This document shows, piece after piece, positions 28,433-32,000 of a DNA stretch of 32,000 nucleotides; the stretch's first letter is position 1, and every line of letters starts with the position of its first letter. The stretch covers positions 120,001 to 152,000 of the forward strand of contig NZ_CP074694.1 in assembly GCF_018398935.1 (NCBI RefSeq). The letters are read 5' to 3'. The stretch is from Telmatocola sphagniphila (GTDB taxonomy: Bacteria > Planctomycetota > Planctomycetia > Gemmatales > Gemmataceae). The position numbers and the translations under genes were made by a program. The notes below the pieces were generated by a model, which saw only the letters and a program-made list of their open reading frames with translations, was not told where the DNA came from and did not search any database.

Positions 28433-30022
28433 TCAAGTCTCATCTTGTGGTGCTTTCGCCTCTTCGCTATCTTGCTTGGATTGAACTGCAAGTGAGCCTT
28501 GATTAGAGGCCTGAATTAACCATTGCAGGCAAAAATAGCCAGGGTAAAAATTCATGGCCTTCATATTCAGCTTAAGAACGGCTTTAGGCTTCGCTTGCTG
28601 GTACAGGTAGAAAACTCCTCGCTCCATGTTGAAATTGGAGATTTCCCTATACGGAATAGTTCCCGACTTGGTTTTCATGAAACCGGTAATGATCTTCGGG
28701 CAAGAAAGTGCGTCCGAATTAAATACTAACTTGGAACACCACGCTAGTGATTTATCATTTCGGATCTGTAGAGACATTCGATATCCAATCAATCGGGCAA
28801 GGTTATCTCGGAAATCATCGAACTGAGAGTCTCCTCCTTTTTGATGGCTGAAAGTGAATCGAAATGGCTTGATCTCAGCTTCATTCAGTGGAACGATGCT
28901 GACTTTAATTGAGGTGCATATATATACGCCGTGGAATGATTCCGTCTTTGGGACCCAACTGAATTTATCGATTTGTTCGTAACGAACGATATTTTCTTTT
29001 TTCCAATAATGAAGGTTAAAGCCTTTCTCGTAGACAATGATTTTAGATCCACCAAATAAACCATTGTAGAGTATGTATATACCAAAGACGTTACCAGAAA
29101 TTCCAACCAATATTCCCAGGAGTTGGGTTTCTCTGCCAATACCCACTGCAAAACTGGTCGCCAACAAGCAAATAAGAAAGCATTCAAAAAGTTTAACTAA
29201 GCGAATAACAAAGCTGGAGAGTTTGCGCTCGAAAAGTTTTCTACCCAGACCTGGTGAAGAAGAATCCGAACTGTCTCGACGCATTTTTATTTCGCTTCGT
29301 TCACCTAATCTTTTGTAAAGCACCCCCAGCAATACATTAGCATTCAGGGACGTGTGTTTGATGCAAAGCGATGCCTCTTCTTCACCGTACTTCCAGACTC
29401 GAATCTCACCATCCAGCAAATAGTAAGTGGCTATTTCCGCCCAGGATAAAAATGCTACTTCCTCTCCGCTTTCGACGAACAATCCTTGATTCGAGAGTCG
29501 CCAACCCAAGCCGGGCAAGGGTATATTTAGTTCTAGATTTTCCGAAGCCTGCTCGATCAATCGGTTCAAATTGCGTTTATAGAAATGGTAAAGAGGATCT
29601 CCGAAAGCCGCCTTGTAGATGTAATCGAACGGTTGTCTGGAAATTCCCGAAGTATTCGCGAGTACAAATTCACCTTTATGTTGGAACCCCGCAAAATTCC
29701 CCATCACGAAAAAATCGCTATGGAAACTTGACACTGCTAAAAGGTCCGAATCTTTATATTCAATTTTATGGTTTCGAGATTTGAGGGTAAAACCAGTATC
29801 TGAAAATGATAGTAATGTTAATCTGTTTAGAGACTTTAAAGTCAAGAAAATCCCGATAATAACCAATGGCAGGAAGGCATATAAAGCAATGGTTCGCTCA
29901 AGATCATCATTGCGTACCACTACCTGCTCAGCTGCGATAAATGCGAGGACGAAACTGAGTATTCCGAAATGGAATGTAAAAGAGCGGTTCAACTCGCCGA
30001 ATATGGCTATCGGTTTCTTCAT
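28433..30022 (-). CDS. AT-rich 529-aa membrane protein with two [TM hairpin + soluble beta-rich region] modules (possibly bacterial-PH/YdbT-like)
   Basis: Long uninterrupted ORF in a segment visibly AT-richer than its flanks. Hydrophobic pairs lie at aa ~14-31/44-63 and ~280-300/305-328. The stretches after each pair align: 'GFTLKSRNHKIEYKD' with 'GFNLHYWKKENIVRYEQ'. Confidence 0.7.
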   Translation of the reverse strand: MKKPIAIFGELNRSFTFHFGILSFVLAFIAAEQVVVRNDDLERTIALYAFLPLVIIGIFLTLKSLNRLTLLSFSDTGFTLKSRNHKIEYKDSDLLAVSSFHSDFFVMGNFAGFQHKGEFVLANTSGISRQPFDYIYKAAFGDPLYHFYKRNLNRLIEQASENLELNIPLPGLGWRLSNQGLFVESGEEVAFLSWAEIATYYLLDGEIRVWKYGEEEASLCIKHTSLNANVLLGVLYKRLGERSEIKMRRDSSDSSSPGLGRKLFERKLSSFVIRLVKLFECFLICLLATSFAVGIGRETQLLGILVGISGNVFGIYILYNGLFGGSKIIVYEKGFNLHYWKKENIVRYEQIDKFSWVPKTESFHGVYICTSIKVSIVPLNEAEIKPFRFTFSHQKGGDSQFDDFRDNLARLIGYRMSLQIRNDKSLAWCSKLVFNSDALSCPKIITGFMKTKSGTIPYREISNFNMERGVFYLYQQAKPKAVLKLNMKAMNFYPGYFCLQWLIQASNQGSLAVQSKQDSEEAKAPQDET

Positions 30023-30067
30023 GCGACATTGGGCGATAAGTTTTTCTCTCCTACTTCCGTGCCGTCA

Positions 30068-30076
30068 CCTGCGGCA
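30068..30076. repeat. Left copy of the target-site duplication (CCTGCGGCA)
   Basis: Identical 9-mer at 31542-31550, immediately outside the IS inverted repeats. Confidence 0.75.
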
Positions 30077-31541
30077 GTAACCGCTCACACCTCGTCCTGA
30101 GATTATCGGGAATTGCTCTTGCGCTGGGGAATTAATTATCTCATACTCGGGGCATGGAGTCTGTCAGCGAAGAATGGCTTGTTCGCCAAACGCCGGAAGT
30201 TCAGGCTGTGCTGCGGATTCTTTTGAACCGCATCGCCGAACTGGAAGCGAAGCTCGGCAAGGATTCCAGCAACTCTTCGAAGCCGCCTTCAACGCAACAT
30301 CCCCACGCCAAGCTTTCGAAGCAAGCCCAAAAGAAGGCCAAACGGAAGTCGGGCGGCCAACCGGGGCATCCCAAACACGAACGCTCTTTGGTTTCCGCAC
30401 ACGAGTGCGACGGCGTCATTGTTTGTTTACCGGCCGAATGCCGCCGTTGTGGCGAACCTTTGAACGGAACAGATCCCCAGCCTTTGCGTCATCAGGTCTG
30501 GGAGATTCCCGAAATCAAGCCTTCGATTACGGAATATCAACTCCATCGTCTGCGCTGTTCGTGCGGCAAGACCACCTGCGGAGAATTACCCCCAGGCGTG
30601 CCTGTCGGAATGGCCGGGCCTCGATTGGTTGCTTTGTCCGCTTTGTTGATGGTCTGCTTCCGGCTCTCCAAACGACGCTGCGCCCTGTTTCTGGAACAAA
30701 TCCTGGGTCAGGAGGCTTCGGCTTCCTGGATGATCAAACTGCAGAACCGAGCCGCCGAAGCCTTGCAAGCCCCCTACCAGGAGTTGGCCTTAGCCTTGCC
30801 TGGGGAAGCGGTCCTCAACGGCGACGAATCGCCCACCAAAGAAGGGCTCGCCAAAGCCTGGACCTGGACTTTTGTAGCCGCGACTTTCAGCGTCTTCGCT
30901 CTCCGCACCAGCCGCAAAGCCCAGGTGGTCCTCGAATTCCTGGGCGATTCATTTACCGGCGTTCTAGGCTGCGACCGGGCCAAGATGTATTGGGCTTTCG
31001 GACGCTTGCAGTGGTGCTGGGCTCATTTGCTCCGCGACTTCCAAAGCCTCATCGATCGCCCCTGTCCGGTCGCTCGACGCTTAGGACACGACTTGCAACG
31101 ACAGACTCGGGCGATGTTCGAACTCTGGAATCGCGTTCGGGACGGAACCCTCAGCCATAAAGCGTTCGGCGAACAAATGATCCCCATACGAAGCGAAGTC
31201 GAAGCCTTGCTCTTGCGAGGAAAATTCGATCCGAAGCTGCGTGGCTTTTGCTCCGAACTCTGGAAATACCGGGCTCGGCTTTGGACGTTCGTCGATGTCG
31301 AAGGAGTAGAGCCCACCAATAATGCCGCCGAGCGGGCTTTGCGGCCCGCGGTCATTTGGCGGAAGTTATGCTTTGGAACCCAATCGGCCCAGGGGAGTCG
31401 GTTCGTTGAACGAATGCTGACCGCGATCGAAACTTGTCGTCAGCAGAAACGGAACTCATTCGCCTGGATGACTCAAGCGGTACAGGCTCACTTTGCCCAA
31501 GAGAAAGCCCCTTCTCTCTTGGCCAGGGCGTGAGTTATTAC
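30077..31541 (+). mobile_element. IS66-family insertion sequence, single-ORF type, 1,465 bp
   Basis: IRL is GTAACCGCTCACACC (30077-30091). IRR is GGCGTGAGTTATTAC (31527-31541), whose reverse complement is GTAATAACTCACGCC; 11 of 15 positions match. The element is flanked by the direct repeat CCTGCGGCA and encodes one IS66-type transposase. Confidence 0.85.
30154..31533 (+). CDS. IS66-family transposase (TnpC-type DDE)
   Basis: Leucine-zipper N-terminus with 'NSSKPPS'. zf-IS66-like 'CRRCGEPL...YQLHRLRCSCG'. DDE region 'NGDESPT...WTWTF...GCDRAKMY...CWAHLLRDF...TNNAAERALRP'. The stop codon lies inside IRR. Confidence 0.9.
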   Translation: MESVSEEWLVRQTPEVQAVLRILLNRIAELEAKLGKDSSNSSKPPSTQHPHAKLSKQAQKKAKRKSGGQPGHPKHERSLVSAHECDGVIVCLPAECRRCGEPLNGTDPQPLRHQVWEIPEIKPSITEYQLHRLRCSCGKTTCGELPPGVPVGMAGPRLVALSALLMVCFRLSKRRCALFLEQILGQEASASWMIKLQNRAAEALQAPYQELALALPGEAVLNGDESPTKEGLAKAWTWTFVAATFSVFALRTSRKAQVVLEFLGDSFTGVLGCDRAKMYWAFGRLQWCWAHLLRDFQSLIDRPCPVARRLGHDLQRQTRAMFELWNRVRDGTLSHKAFGEQMIPIRSEVEALLLRGKFDPKLRGFCSELWKYRARLWTFVDVEGVEPTNNAAERALRPAVIWRKLCFGTQSAQGSRFVERMLTAIETCRQQKRNSFAWMTQAVQAHFAQEKAPSLLARA

Positions 31542-32000
31542 CCTGCGGCACATCCTCCGGTGCCTTCAACGTACCCAGAAAATCAAGTACCGCCTGCTGC
31601 TCATCGGCCTTCAGGGTCTTATACGCTTCCCGGACCACTTTGGCGTCGCCGCCGTGCTTGAAAATCGCGGCCTGCAGCGTGGGAGCCGTACCATCGTGCA
31701 TGTACGGGGCGCTATCGGCCACTCCCCACAGAGCCGGAGTCTTCCATTCAGATGGTTCCGGCATATCCGGGGGCAGAGGCGGCAGTTCCGGACGCTTCGG
31801 GCCATAGCCATCGCCGCCGCTGGGTAGAGGATCTTCCAGCTTGTGCAGGAGGAAATCGGTAAAAATCCCTCTCACGCCGCCGATGTCTTCCAGATGGCAA
31901 ACCGCACAGCCGATCGACTTGAACATCTTCTTGCCGAGGATTGCCGAATCGGCCGCCTTGGCAGTTTCCGGCATTTTTTCGATAGGTTTGGGGAGGGTGG
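31456..32000 (-). CDS. Di-haem cytochrome c peroxidase-family (CCP/MauG or DUF1111-like) protein, C-terminal part; the 5' end is outside the window and the 3' end is replaced by IS-derived codons
   Basis: The frame is open to the window edge upstream of the track's Met. Haem motif 'CAVCH', plus 'TPALWGVADSAPYMHDGTAPTLQAAIFKHGG'. Codons after 'EDVPQ' (31456-31541) are read from inside the IS. Confidence 0.75.
   Translation of the reverse strand, partial: TLPKPIEKMPETAKAADSAILGKKMFKSIGCAVCHLEDIGGVRGIFTDFLLHKLEDPLPSGGDGYGPKRPELPPLPPDMPEPSEWKTPALWGVADSAPYMHDGTAPTLQAAIFKHGGDAKVVREAYKTLKADEQQAVLDFLGTLKAPEDVPQGNNSRPGQERRGFLLGKVSLYRLSHPGE
31542..31550. repeat. Right copy of the target-site duplication (CCTGCGGCA)
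   Basis: Identical to 30068-30076. IS66-family elements typically make 8-bp duplications, so the true TSD may be 8 of these 9 bp. Confidence 0.75.

Noticed and set aside
30174-31160. 328-aa alternative-frame ORF inside the IS, plus small - strand ORFs within it
   Set aside because: They lie entirely within the transposase gene, whose frame carries all the IS66 motifs. Their products are Arg/Ser/Pro-rich frame-shift noise. There is no sign of tnpA- or tnpB-like genes.

Overview
The window is gene-dense and, by eye, mid-50s % GC. It looks like a Planctomycetota (Gemmataceae-like) chromosome. That placement is an inference from a TIGR03000-type Cys/Gly/Tyr-rich protein starting 'MYSLVLMAAM', a giant TPR/coiled-coil lipoprotein, and weak or absent Shine-Dalgarno use. 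Most of the window is housekeeping. On the + strand: a partial CocE/NonD hydrolase, a 1,699-aa lipoprotein, a ROK kinase, trpF, ribE and rsmA. These are followed by a stand-alone E2-type acyltransferase domain that converges on an orphan iscX, then a SAM methyltransferase and a complete hypF-A-B-C-D-E [NiFe]-hydrogenase maturation operon. No hydrogenase structural gene lies in the window. Next come a small unlisted membrane ORF, about 600 bp of AT-rich non-coding DNA, the TIGR03000 protein, a three-gene membrane-protein operon (- strand), rsmE and a minimal Ser/Thr kinase. After these come accD-pgk-gap (- strand, with a TTCAGC-repeat spacer between gap and pgk) and mdh. The accessory part is the 3' end, 27.4-32.0 kb. 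It holds a - strand operon: di-haem cytochrome c peroxidase-like gene -> AT-rich 529-aa four-TM protein with an internal duplication -> zinc-ribbon protein -> tiny repeat lipoprotein. A 1,465-bp single-ORF IS66-family element splits this operon. Its inverted repeats and a 9-bp direct repeat can be read directly, which allows the pre-insertion sequence to be reconstructed. I saw no rRNA, tRNA, CRISPR array or recognisable riboswitch. All homology calls come from motif recognition by eye; no searches were run.
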